Source of the DNA: Takakia lepidozioides
Taxonomy: Eukaryota; Plantae; Bryophyta
Length of the DNA: 64,000 bases
Assembly (NCBI GenBank): GCA_030704615.1
Contig: CM060732.1
Coordinates: 55,118,001 to 55,182,000, forward strand
Reading direction: 5' to 3'
The position numbers and the translations under genes are program-made. The stretch's first letter is position 1, and every line of letters starts with the position of its first letter. Below are positions 12,167-39,446 of the stretch, piece after piece. The notes beneath the pieces are model-generated. The model was not told the origin of the DNA. It was given only the letters and a program-made list of their open reading frames with translations, and ran no database searches.

Positions 12167-12949
12167 TTATTGAGCATACTCGTAGGTGAATTCAGTGATA
12201 CCTAACATGGTACTTACAGTGAGATACAAGAGATAAAACGTCCCTATCACCGCGATCAAGACCAGAATCTGTGTGGAAGGGTCCTTCAACAAATCCACGA
12301 CAGGCTTGAATAGACTATAGATACCTCCACTTACAACGGTGAAGAAATAAAATCCATATCTCCTCACATTGTCCCAGAACTCTTCTAACAGGGGGCCCTC
12401 GGGACCAAGCGCTAGAGCTGTCATGTCCATGTCCAAATGTACAGGCTCCTTCACTACCGAAACTGTTGCCTCTGCAGCATCAACGTTGATGAAGGTAGAG
12501 TAACCCAGGCCTAAAGCGATGGCCCCCACAGCCAACTCTACCACATTTCTCCTCACAAGTTTCTCTAGAGGTCCATATCTCGAGCACCTCGTGCCGTCTC
12601 CCATCGTAACCTCCAAATCCAAACCCAAATCCGAAACCACTCCTCCCCTACTCTGGCAGCCCATTTCAGAAACTTCCAATGCATTCACATACATCATTTG
12701 GAACAAGGCTGATTCGAAGCTGAAAACCTCCTCCCGCCTCTGCAGAAGATCCCTTGCATCAAGCTTCACTGGAGATTGAGCCCCACACATCGGCACAAGG
12801 TTTTGGAGCTCTTGCCTTGTCAAGCCACAAGTACGAACCGAATTTTCCTGCCAAGAGATCCTGGACAACCTTCGATGCGACATGGGTTTCTCGCATTGCA
12901 ACCGAGGCAGGCAGACCAGCCTAGAGAGGGAAACCAAAGCTTGCGCCAT
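12167..12949 (-). CDS. ycf33: Nuclear-encoded Ycf33 (DUF751) family plastid membrane protein, intronless, with probable transit peptide
   Basis: 260-aa ORF. The C-terminal EEFWDNVRRYGFYFFTV...KPVVDLLKDP...TVSTMLG with two hydrophobic helices matches the Ycf33 family; the N-terminus is Ser/Arg-rich. Confidence 0.85.
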   Translation of the reverse strand: MAQALVSLSRLVCLPRLQCEKPMSHRRLSRISWQENSVRTCGLTRQELQNLVPMCGAQSPVKLDARDLLQRREEVFSFESALFQMMYVNALEVSEMGCQSRGGVVSDLGLDLEVTMGDGTRCSRYGPLEKLVRRNVVELAVGAIALGLGYSTFINVDAAEATVSVVKEPVHLDMDMTALALGPEGPLLEEFWDNVRRYGFYFFTVVSGGIYSLFKPVVDLLKDPSTQILVLIAVIGTFYLLYLTVSTMLGITEFTYEYAQ

Positions 12950-13591
12950 CTCCCTCTCTCCCTCCCTCTCTCTTTCTCAACCTGAAGATGGGTAGGAGTG
13001 GATAACTAGATGAATGAACTCTTTACGGATGAATAGGCAGGCCAAACACGAACCCATAACCCATATCACTAGAATCCAGTCGTAGAATTCTTGTACAAAA
13101 CTTCTCGGAATGACACAATGCCGCTGTCGATGATACCACCAGCGTGCCGGGCTCGTCGTCACTCTGTCATTCCCAAAAATCGTGAAAACGGAGGCGACAA
13201 ATACATGAAAGCAGGGTCGCAACAACTCGAGTGAGAACTGTATGTAAATAGAGGATAGCTGTAAACCAAACCTATTCTGATCAAAGCAAACGTCGGGCTT
13301 CACGTCACAGCAGCCCTTTCATCGTGCACATACAAGAAATTTACCACGACAGATTATGAGAGAGATGTAACCCTGTGCGTTCCATTTCTGGCATTTTTAC
13401 AACACCAAGGTCGGATTACCAAGACTATGGTCTTAATTAGTGAGATGAGATGCAGTCAAGTTTCATCAACTTAGATGGACTTGTGGGCACATTGTGGACT
13501 AACTACTCAAGCAAAATTTTGCAGGGTGGATTTAAAGAGAGCACTCTTCTTTGATCTGTCTACGGGAGGAGGCGGAGGTGAGCAGCACCCT

Positions 13592-15428
13592 TTATCTCCT
13601 CTTGAAGGGTCTCCATACAAGATGCGTAGCAAGCATTGTTACAAGAAGCCCAAGCCAAGAGACCCGGCCGCCAGCAACCTGTTGAAACTTCACCACCCAA
13701 TCTGCCTGAGATGTCGTGGTCTCAAGAAATAACACCGCAATCAGAGCAACTGCCAGGAGAACCCGCCCCATCATACTCATAGCAGCCGTCTGCAAACGAT
13801 TAACTTCTGTTAGGGGATGAGAGCAACAAGCATTGTCGAAATCCAGGGTTTCGAGATATAAGAAGTTAACCGTTCTCTGGGAATGCTGCCCAGTAATGTC
13901 TTACCCTATTACGCAAATAGTCTGTGCAGAATTTAAAACGATCATGGATTGAAAGCTCCCCCACCGCTCAGCTATGATGTAGCTAGCGTGAAGCTGTGGC
14001 CCCACATTGGTTGGAGCAGGAAGATACAAAAGATAGGGGGTTAAGGCATTGCATAATCGGCAGGCTTTTTCTCCATGTTTATGGAGGGAACCAAATCGGT
14101 GAGTAGTGTGGTAGTTACTTGAAAGACGGTGCAGCTGAACATGAAATGTCTCGTATCCTTGATTGCTTGAGAATCTCTAGGTGGTATGGTATTCGAGCAT
14201 CCTGGCAAACTATAAAATCTACGCCACATCCCACAATGGTGGGTAGAAGGATTACACATTTCCATACAGTCATGACAGTAGGATGAAAATGCTGCGACTT
14301 CTGTTCTGATACCTCGTCATTGGCAGGTTGACTGCTGAGCTTGAGAGTCTTGATAAGCTCAGACAGTAGTTCTGACTGTTGCAAGAATGCTTTCTCCATT
14401 TTGTCGATCCGATCCCTTTCGAGTTGTTGGTTCACAGCGCCAATGGCCATCAAAGCATTCACCATGTTGGGTTCTTGAGTACTCTTGGGTTGCTCAGTTT
14501 GTTTCTTCTTGGATGGTCTTCCTGCAATCCCTAGCATAGCAGCAAACTTAGACTTGGTGGATTTGATGTCTCCTTTCTTGGACTCTAAACTGTCTGCAGG
14601 GGCACTAAATTTTTTGCTTGGCTGTATAGAATAGTTTGATTCACTTCTCAAGTAGCTAGAGGAACCTCTTTCTCTTGGAGAGTCCACACTGCATGTTCTG
14701 GGCTTGAAAGAACCACTTTTGTCGGTACTAAAATGGTCGCTCTCCTCCTTAGGCATTTTTACATACAGATTTGGGTGCGCTCCCATGGTAAACTCTAAAT
14801 TCTCTGGTTCAATATCTTCACTGGGACCAAACTCTTGTCCACTAGTGACTGAATGGATTCCATCATCGCCAGGATTCGAGATTTTGACATACTTTCGATT
14901 GCTTCCAAGAATTGTGTCCATCAAAGCATACCATTTCCACCGGCTAGCAGGAAGTTCACCACTGTATTTCTTTCCTTTCTTCTCTCTCTTGTATCGCTTC
15001 TTCATCATATCCATCTTCTGCTTGCACTGCATCGTCTCTTTAGGCTTCTTGGTACCACCACACCTTGCACTCACCTCACCTGCAATTTGATCCCAATGTT
15101 TCGCACTCAACTTACCCTTATTCTGCTCAACGTATTTCTCACTCCACGAATCCAACAAAGACACCACAGCACCTGGGCTCCAATCCCCTCCTTTTTCAAG
15201 TTTCTTTTCTCTCCCTCGTGGTGTGAATCGACTATGCCATGAGCTGATCTCGCAGCACATAGCCTCATTCTGTGTCTTCTCTACTAGTTTACCTGTGGAT
15301 ATGAGATTGCTGAGCTTGGCACTCAACTCCATCATCCTATCAGTTGCGCATGGTTCACATTCTTCCCCTACATTGCTAGTCAGATCCCCCATCGCTGTCA
15401 TCTGACATTCTGCTTCATAGGTGTCCAT
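13592..15428 (-). CDS. Trihelix (Myb/SANT-like, SIP1/ASIL-type) transcription factor; predicted exons 15428-14268 and 13789-13592, the second adding two hydrophobic helices
   Basis: Trihelix domain DWSPGAVVSLLDSW...HWDQIA...QCKQKMDMMKKRYKREK...SRWKWYALMD. Donor act|GTATGG at 14267 and acceptor CCTAAC...TTTGCAG at 13790 join in phase 0 (452 aa). The domain call is firm; the splice is inferred, and the unspliced ORF ends at 14115. Confidence 0.75.
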
Positions 15429-15590
15429 TTCACCATGAGGGTGGCAGTGATGGATCTACCTAGCTGTTTCATCAATTCTAGTGCTCTTTCTCGCTTGTGG
15501 GTTGCCAATCCAAGAGACAAACAAACATGTTTATATCTCAGAAGGCCCTTTCAAATCTTCACAGGTCACACTTCCCCACTTCCTTCTCAG

Positions 15591-15598
15591 TATAAATA
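15591..15598 (+). promoter_or_regulatory. TATA box ~35-40 nt upstream of the tRNA-like element
   Basis: TATAAATA. Confidence 0.35.
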
Positions 15599-15632
15599 CA
15601 TAGTAATGTACACTCTAACATAATGTCACAGA

Positions 15633-15703
15633 TTGGCTGTAGCTTAACACGTCAAGTGAAAATGACTCTCATTTCCATCGGGGTTCAAATCCCAGCAGCC
15701 ACA
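15633..15703 (+). ncRNA. tRNA-His-derived tRNA-like sequence (pseudo-tRNA or tRNA-like ncRNA)
   Basis: The 5' TGGCTGTAG and 3' AATCCCAGCAGCCACA match the ends of plant cytosolic tRNA-His as I recall them. B box GGTTCAAATCC is present, and the acceptor and D stems pair. The anticodon arm is replaced by an AAATG-ACTCT-CATTT hairpin with no GTG. Confidence 0.6.
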
Positions 15704-16169
15704 TTCTCTTTACTTGTTCTCGTAGCTGTTGATCTGCAGGAGTCTGTGCAGAGGGGACAAAGGAAAGCAAGATTCCAGGAGCAAACTGGCAAGCCACATC
15801 CTGGGATCCTTTAAATATGGGTTCCCTTACATCCGAAGTAGACACATTGTACGAGCTCTGTCTCCCCGCTTCGTTGTTCAGGATTGTGGCCAAATGAATC
15901 ACACATCAATAGCAGAATGAAATGGGCGTAACAAGAATGTACATGGTTTCAGTATGGAGCGGAGAAAACTGGGTTGTGTCTTCTTCGTCCCAAGGTACCC
16001 AAAACGTTTGGGACCTTTGATGTAAAGGTAACATTGCTATGAGCAGGAAAGGAAGTGAAAGAATTTAAACTTGATGGCCCTCTCTTTCATGATTTCCTTT
16101 GCTAGATGTTTTGTGATTGCCAAGTCCATTTCTAAGTCTGGTCCCATTTGCTATGGTAGCCAGCAAAGA

Positions 16170-19100
16170 TTACCTTCTTGGTGGAGATGAATGGGGTCTT
16201 TGCTGGGGTGGAGACCTTCGGTGCTGGTGTGGGGGATACCGAGGTGATGAATACCGACCATTGCTTTGGCCTGAGGGAGGAGATCGAGGGGAGGTGGTCC
16301 ATTGGGAGTGAGAAATGTTTTCATACTGATTTTGTCTTGGATATTGACTTGGACTTTGATGCTGTTTCCGCTGGGGAGATTGATTTTGGTGTTTTGTTTG
16401 ATGACTGATCTTGTGATTTGGTTGGGCAGATTGAGTTGGATGTCGATCGTGATAGTTTTGATTCTGAACTGGTCCTGGATATTGATTTTGATGCACATTG
16501 ACAGTGCGAGGCCTTTGGAATGGAGGGTGGTGAGTGGGGGGATACTGATTCTTTTGAGAAGGGCCAGGATCCCCATGAGACTTGGGAGATTGATTGGATT
16601 GCTGTGGATGCGGGCGCTGCTGGGGAGGGGACTGCAGTCGGGAAGATGATGGTCTGTGAGGTTGTGGAGAGTGGTCCGGGAAGACTTGATAGGCAGCGCT
16701 ATGGGTCTCCTGCAAAGGCAGAGCTTGAGTAAACTGAGGATTTTGATAGCTCCAAGGTTGTGCCATCTGGTCTTGAAAGGATTGATCAACATTCCAATCT
16801 GTTTGATGTTGCATGAGATGATCTGGGGAGAATGATTGTCGCGATGGAGGAGGTCCTTGGACCGTGATGGGTGGAGCTGGGGGCTGCTTCGATGGTGAAA
16901 GCCCTTGTACTGGTTCTGATGAAAGGTATGCATCAGATTGTTCCAGGGATGGTACTGATACAAAAGGGTGCTGTGGTGGTGAGGTTGCAGCAATTATGTG
17001 CTGGGGAGGGGACTGCAGTCGGGAAGATGATGGTCTGTGAGGTTGTGGAGAGTGGTCCGGGAAGACTGGAGGTCTATGTTGATAGGAAGCGCTATGGCCC
17101 TCCTGCACAGGCAGAGCTTGAGTAAACTGAGGATTTTGATAGCTCCAAGGTTGTGCCATCTGGTCTTGAAAGGATTGATCAACATTCCAATCTGTTTGAT
17201 GTTGCATGAGATGATCTGGGGAGAATGATTGTCGCGATGGAGGAGGTCCTTGGACCATGATGGGTGGAGCTGGGGGCTGCTTCGATGGTGAAAGCCCTTG
17301 TACTGGTTCTGATGAAAGGTATGCATCAGATTGTTCCAGCGATGGTACTGATACAAAAGGACGCTGTGGTGGTGAAGTCGCAGCAATTATCTGTGATGAT
17401 CTCAGAGAAGAGGGGCTCGTTGGCAGCCTAACTCCTCTCTTTCTCAAGGTTTCACTCCAATCACCACCTCCATATGCACTTGGCCGATTTGTAAACCTTC
17501 TCAGCTGACTGGTACTGGCCCTGCTTGAGCCTGCTCTGGCGGAAATTGAAGATCTACTTAACTTCGATGGAGTGTCTGGAGATCTTTCGCTTCCTTCCCC
17601 CTCTTCACTTTCATCTTCTGGCAAGAGGGCAGGGTGGATGGAGCCCGCATATCGAGGTGCTCTTGCTCGTACCTGCAGTGTTGCAAGAGATAAAACGGTC
17701 TCATTTGAACTACGTTGAAGGGCACAACACTGCAAAACAAACCTTTGACATCCAATTATATCATTTTGGGGCAACACATTGAAGTGGTAGCCGACGCCTT
17801 CGTGAAGGAAACCCCGTTTGAGGGGACTAACCCAACCGTCTGTGTGTCTGTGTGTTTGCCAACTTTAAAAAGGGCCTAAAGCCCTGGCCAAGTTGGGTTC
17901 TAATTGCTGGGCAGCTCACATACAGCAAGTAGATGCTTCATCACTCTCAGGCATTTATTTGTTACCAGCTTGGCAGCTCTTTTTCCCACAGCCCTTTGTA
18001 TTTGTGGAATGATTTATTAATGACGAGATTACGGTTGAGTCAAAATTTGTCAGATAGTAGGAGAGTCATACAATGCAGATCTAAGCTTCAACAAGATAAT
18101 ACTTTTGGAGTGATAATGCCCTATGAAAGTACCTTCGCTTGCTGTTCTTGGATCAAAGCCAATGCTCTCTTGCACATCTCTGTCAATCGCTCCCTTGAGT
18201 TGTTGTTTAGCTGCAAAAGTTGTACATCATTCTTTCAATCATCTTTTTGGAAGTGGAAATATCATGCACAGCAAGCATGGTTCAAAGTTTATATGTGTAA
18301 ACTTATTTTTTTGTTCCAGAGGGAGCTGCACCACTTTCCTGGATTAGATTATATCTCATTGACATGATGGAGGTGGTAAAAATCATGTTGTGTTTACGAA
18401 ACCATCACACACACAGTGCACACAGAATCTCCAACTTTAAGTTGGACTTGAACACAGACAAAAGATCGTTTCCTGGTTTTGAAAGGTCCAATCCAATTGG
18501 TTCATGACATTAGTAGCGCACTTCACCCCAAAAGTAACCAAGAACAGAATGCAGTCATTGTTCGTTCCTTGTGTACAGCTCTGGTGTACCCTTCGGGGGA
18601 AGTCTGTGGGAGAACATAAGGCCTGTTCGCAGCCAACAACAAGGTGTAGAAATTGTTGATGTAGACATCATATAATGTTAATTCCAAGACCTATGCTCTA
18701 GCCTCAATTCCACCAAAACGTGGCACTGCCACTCACAATGTATCTGGGAATAATGAGACAGAGATTACATCTTCAATGCCTTGACCTTCAAGAAGGTTTG
18801 CTTTAATCTGCATCATCTTGAAAAGCTCCAGTGTTACATTCGCCTCAGAGTGAAGCCTCCTCAGTGTACCACACTTTCCACCCTGATTCTCTCCTGCATC
18901 CAGCCTCCATTCGTTGAGATTTCCTCTCAAAGAATGTCAGCAAAGCCTTTCATGATCCAAACCCCATCCTTTTCTTCTGTCCAAACCAGTAACGAGGTGT
19001 ATGCCATAAGGCTGTGGAAAGCACAGATGAACAAAACCATTATCTCTTTGCATTTCTGCACACCAGCTTGAGGTCAGTGCAACGTCTTGGGAACTACAGC

Positions 19101-22100
19101 ACACGCAATCGGGTGGTTGGCCTCTTTGTGAGGACACACTAAATGACAAACATAAGATTATTACCTGAAATGTAATCCGAGAGGATTTCCCATACAGCAA
19201 GGGACCGGATGGACATCTTTTTGAGCTTGTCAAAGTGCGCGGATGCTTGCTCTACTTCGAATTTGAGCCTATCATGCACTTCATTAACTCTTGCCAGCTC
19301 TTTCTGTTTCATTGCATGTATGTCAAGCTTGTGTCAGCAAGTCAGTTTCAACAGGCTTCAGGGGTGCAGAATGATGCGAGGGACTTAGTTATGGCATACA
19401 GGCTTAAACACAAGTTAAACTAATGACATTGCAAGTATGGCCACACAGCCACATTGTATATTTGATCTCGACAGTTTTACGACCATAAATTTTTTTGCAC
19501 ATTTGGTCGGTCAATGACCTTAAGTTCCAGAATGGTTCAGGATGTCTTCTCACTATCTTCCACTCCAAAAACTTCTTCATTCTGGACTACTCAATGGAAA
19601 ACATTGCATAATCACAACAAGCTGATCCCTTGAAACTCCCACCATAACCTTCAATACATACAGGTGCTGTGGAAAGCTGAGTCAGACAGCCATAGGAGCA
19701 GGGCAGGGTGAAGAGACTCATTGCAATTGCAAAGAGAGAAGGATATTCTAGGATTAACTTTGCATAAATCACCAACATTCATCTAGCAGGTGCAAGCATG
19801 ATAAGTATGTACCTCTTTTGTGGCATTTGCGGTTGTGCATGCTTTCTGAACTCTATACTTCACTTCACTCAGCTGAACTGAGGAGTTAGCTTAGGAGAAC
19901 ATGTGCTCCAGGGTTTGGCAATTCAAAGGGAGAGATCTGTGTGGTGTGAGACTCACTCTACCCAAGGGTGGTCCATGACTCAATGAAACACCTTTAAGAA
20001 TGCTTCCCTAGGGCATTCTAGATGCTTAGATCAATTCTGAAGCCATAAAAGTTGACTTGTATGCCTTATTCAAATATGATAAGGTGGTTTTTGACAACAC
20101 TTTGTCCAGACAGGCCACATCACCACCATCATGTTTTTGACATGCTGTCAATGCATGCTGTGTCAATTCTTCCTCCCCTAATCGTTGAACTTTTTGGGTT
20201 GGTGCAAAAGAGAAAAGGAAGTATGGTACCTGAAGCTCAGTGCACTCAATGCCTTGGGCTGTATACAGAGTTTCGATATTTGATGGAGACTCTGCCAGAA
20301 GAACTCGCAACATTCCTCCACTTTCTCTTAGCCTATGCAGCTCCCCTGAAAGCATGGTTAATCCTATGCATTGTGCAGAAATCAATCGCTAAAACTCACA
20401 TGTCCTGGAAAATCTCATCCTCATTTGTGGTGCCTGCGGACAAGCACTCTGATAATGTCAATTCACTGAAGCATAAGTACCTGCCGAACCCCCATTCTTT
20501 GTTCTGTCAAGCCAGGTGGGGACTCAAAGCAATAGACTATTGCAACCCGAGTCAATAACTCACTCTCATCCCATCCATAGACGTTAGAGCGTATGATGCG
20601 CTCTTCAGCATTCGGCTACATCAGTTCATCAAGGGCTAGAACATCTAACATTGGGTGATAGGAGGGAAACTAGTTCACAGTAACCACTGGCAAAAATTTG
20701 GAGAGTACCAATGAGATCAAGGCGTGAAGCTGTGGCGTCCACGAGCTGGTGCATCCAAGAATCCTGAAGAAATCATATGCTTTGAAAGCTTAATTCTTTG
20801 TACAGTCAGCATCCGTTCAAGCTCAACCAATGCACATCACAGTTCCAAATGATTGTAAAGGCTTGGGGAATACTACCCCATGGAGAGAACGAGGAAAGAA
20901 CAAAAAACTCTTTAACGTCCACGGGAAGCTCAAAAAGCTTACGGGACAAAGGGAAATAGAAACAAAATAGAAAGGAGAAGTCCAACAATCAGCCACCACA
21001 ACCAAAAAACTACAACTCAACTTCAACAGATTCTCCAAGGTGGAGGAGAGCCGCCTTCTCTCACTCATTATAGAACACCTCCTCTGGATGTTATGAATCA
21101 AATGATACTTTATAAAGTCCACTGGTAGCTTGAAGAACTTACCGGACAAAAGCGAGAAGGGAAAAAAAGGTTGACGCCTACCAAAACGATTGTAAATTAT
21201 GGTGTCTATTCACCCCTGAAGGACTACTGCTTTCTGTTGGAAAGGTGAACACCATTTAACCGCCATAACGGGAGCAACTTGGTTGCCCAAACCTCCCCCA
21301 AGGTACCCACAAACTAAGTAACCGTTGACCTGGGAGCCCTCTAATAGTTGGGTTGGCTATAATGAGTGAAATCCAACATACACCTATGTGGCTTTGAACC
21401 CACAACCACTTGTAAGGTGGCGTCTGCCCTAAGCACTGCCATCTGTTGGATGCTGAGAAGAGGGGGGCCTTCTACAAGCAGCCTGAAAACAACTATTCAA
21501 CACTGAGAGATTCTCCAAAGTGCAGAGCCTCATGTAGATATGCCGCCTTGCAACTCTGATCCTCATAATGAAAGATCTCTGTAAGGGTCGGGCTGTTAGG
21601 AAATGAAATGAAACTTTATAACGTCCACAGAGGGAGAGAGAGAATGATGACAGTTTCTGATTCATGAACATTGATCTGCATTGTCTCCTCACAACAAAAA
21701 AGAAAAGCAAAAGATAATATGCGTGTATGACGGTTTGGTTTGACAGGGAGAAACAACACTACCATAGCTTGCTTTGATGGGGCTGCAAGTATGTAGGCAT
21801 CCCGCTTAGCATACTTAAGCAGTTTTGGATCCAGTTTCAATTTAAAAGAATATCTCCGGTCCCCTGCACATCATCGATGAATAGACACCCAAAAATTAGA
21901 AGGAACAAACAACAGAGTCGGTACATGTAATGTTCACTAACCACTTGTTTATATTCCAAAGAGAGACACTACTGATGGGACTGCTTTGTGGCCTTAGACC
22001 ATAGGTCTGATGTGGATGGATCAAGGGGGGAGAGGGGTGAAAGAGAAGGGCAAACGAGGACCACTACCATAGCTGAAAGCCTCCTTCACATGAAGAGAGA

Positions 22101-22752
22101 GAGACAGAGAAGGTACAGATATGATGTCTGTGATCTGACCTGTGTCTTGTTCATCCACCAACTCCAATTCAGAGCCCTCCAAAGGTATGACCCCTAATGG
22201 TTCTGTAAATGGTATCTGTAACATCTCAATCGTAAGTCATGACAGGTTGTCACTACAATATTTGAGTGAATATATACTATTCAAGCCAGAAGTAGGTAAA
22301 TAGCAGTGTTGGGCGGTTATTTGATTTCTTTCATAACCTCTGGTTCCGGTTTTTACGAAATCTTAGAATCAAAGAACCTCCGGTTCCAGGTTTTTAAAGG
22401 ACAAAACACCAGACAAACTCAATTGGACTGTATGGCTCTGTCAAAGACATTGAGGCAATTAGCTTTATGAAGGAGAGCTAATTCTGCACTGCAATTAAGG
22501 CTCTCATCGGAGAGAATAGCATATCAGCGCTTGGACTTGGATTGAAAAATTGAATTAAGAAAATGTGTTCACTTGTGGTGCTTACCGAGTTAGTTGAAGG
22601 GCACAAAAGCAGAAACAAGGATGGTAGCAGAAATGTACGTTGGTATTGTTGTGGAAGTAGAAAAGACTAGAGCCTTGCAAAATAAAAAAGCGCTTGTTCC
22701 AATGCTTTGATGTACCCACTCGCTTCTCTAACCAGCCTGCAACTTCTGCCAT
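16170..22752 (-). CDS. PH-domain plus coiled-coil protein with long Q/P/S-rich disordered C-terminus, ~11 exons
   Basis: Exons 22752-22639, 22215-22140, 21863-21763, 20763-20709 and 20345-20230 join in phase through GT-AG introns to give a complete PH fold (GWLEKR...WNKRFFILQGSSLFYF...EPLGVIPLEG...YILAAPSKQAMDSWMHQL). Helical exons follow at ~19870, 19300, 18925, 18600 and 18210; the last exon is 17673-16170. Confidence 0.75.
16619..17389. repeat. In-frame tandem duplication (~380-390 bp units) in the last exon of the PH gene
   Basis: 16619-16997 and 17000-17389 are nearly identical, differing by a 12-nt indel. Confidence 0.95.
20905..21165 (-). mobile_element. Two diverged short LINE family A 3' fragments in an intron (a third at 21600-21628)
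   Basis: Similar to the consensus gctttataacgtccgcggaaagctc...gcttatgggacaaaa. Confidence 0.6.
21372..21450 (-). mobile_element. Possible degenerate tRNA-derived SINE head
   Basis: The minus strand has a GCCAC-CTTACAA-GTGGT anticodon-like arm and a TGTGG-GTTCAAAG-CCACA T-arm/B box. Confidence 0.3.
22304..22395. mobile_element. Possible truncated MITE (hAT-like CAGTGTTG start, internal AACCTCYGGTTCC repeats)
   Basis: Motif similarity only; no second terminal repeat found. Confidence 0.3.
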
Positions 22753-24583
22753 ACTCCACAACACCGCCTTCTCCCCACCACCAGGGTATCCAATTTTCAG
22801 TGCATAGATCACAACTTCATGTGCTAAATTTCCTAACTCTTGTTCTTGTCTTCAGTATCATGTCAAAGCCAGTCCCTTGCAACAATCAATCGCCCCTACA
22901 ATCTGAAATAACAAATGCAGGACTTCTAGGGCACGGGCACTTTCAGTCTATATTCAATACCCTGGGACAACGTTGCTGGAGGGCTAGTATTTCCAGAAGA
23001 CCGGTACTGTCACACCTAACTTTCTGAGATCGGTCAATGGGTACGTTATATCTCTCCTCCAAGTGGAAAACCAACAACCAAGTAGACCTTCTTTCCTGTA
23101 TGAGGCTCTTCGGCAACTTTTGGTGTGTTCTTTCTGTTTTACTTTGTCCCATGGGCCCTCTGGGTCCACTGTGGCTGTTATAAAGTTCCCTTATTTCTGT
23201 CCCTGGATCTCTCCTTGGATATCTCTCTGGTTCCTGCATCATGTTTTTTCCTCCCTTGGACCTAGGTTAGGAATGCTGCCTATAGGGTGCACACTTGTCT
23301 TAATCCCTCTCCACCCCTTGTAATAATGAATGTGACTACAGTAATGCAGCTTGTATAATGCTGACTTCAGATCGTGGTTATGCAACTTGGATTGACAATC
23401 ACTGTAGTTGGCTTCTCCATGTAGTTGGCTTCTCAATGCTCATGCTGGATGTTTGGGGTAACCAGCCAATGTCATTGCAAAAGAGGGTCGAGCAAGAGAT
23501 AACCTGATTATTCATAGCCATTGTTGCTCCTAAAGCCTCTTCAATCTCCTAGCTGTGTCTTTCTCTTTTCTGCCCTCCAATCCTTCCTCCCTTGAGTTCC
23601 TAGATAAGTTCCAAAAGCATCAAAGTCCTGCAAGGCAGTTGTTCAATTTGCAAGATAAAAAATTGACCCTGGAACGTCTCCTTTTGGTCCTGCTTGCAAC
23701 TCACAGATTACCCTTTCGGTTTTCTTTCATAGGCCCCTGATTTTCAGCTGTCCCTGTTCTTGGTTTCAGTGGTTCTTTTGTGTTGACCTACTGTGGTACC
23801 CAGCCAAAGGGCTTCCTGCAGGAAAAACAAATCTGTTCTTATCTACTCGTATTCTTATCTCTCTTGACCTCAGCTGAGGAAGGCTTCCCCTTGACTTCCA
23901 CAAGCCAGGACATTCGGAAAACCAAGTTCGGATTGAGACTCGAAGGACGAGAGAGACAGAAATGGAAACTAGGAAATGGACCTCTCTACTACTAACTGAC
24001 TTCTAGACCTATTGCACGGATGAAAGATGTCAAAGGTAGATGAAAACAGAGAATGGCAAGCTCCCGGACACCCTTTGTGAAACTCGCAGTATATTTCAAT
24101 TGGGCTGAAGCCCCACCATACAATGAATGCCTCGCTCACAGGATAGCATCTAAACACCTTCCTTTGCTAAGCGCAGAAACCCCACTGGCAGGTGCCTGAC
24201 TACGCATCTTGCAATCGATTGGGAACGGCGTGGAATCTGTCAATACTCTCCGTTGGCACCAGAAAGAGTATTTCTCACGTGTCGGGCGATTAAGTTGCCC
24301 AGCTCTGATTCTTGAACTCCGTCCGCAACAGCATCAACCGTGTCCAATCTCCAGCTCAGGTCGATAGCCTAACACCCCCAGGCTCATTGATAGTGTTAGA
24401 CAGCACTGAAAGTCCAATTGATAGTGTTCAGAATGGCGGAAGGATATCATCGTGATGTAAACCCGGAATCCACAAAGGTCAGCACAGCTTCGGTTGTCAC
24501 TCCCTGCTTGGCAGCGCTCAACGTAATTACGGCTCGAGATGAGCCGATTTCATGATGGAAAGCCAAGTTTTCCAATGGCTCCC

Positions 24584-39446
<14,863 letters not shown>

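Noticed and set aside
13592-13780. Independent small secreted or GPI-anchored peptide gene
   Set aside because: A strong in-phase acceptor directly upstream makes it more likely the last exon of the trihelix gene; not fully excluded.
15633-15703. Functional tRNA (His, Glu-CTC, Met or Sec)
   Set aside because: No canonical 7-nt anticodon loop with U33, and the D-loop GG is missing.
22943-23900. Ty3/gypsy gag-pol remnant (ICFSCRKP patch)
   Set aside because: Only one partial motif; no LTR, RT or integrase signature.
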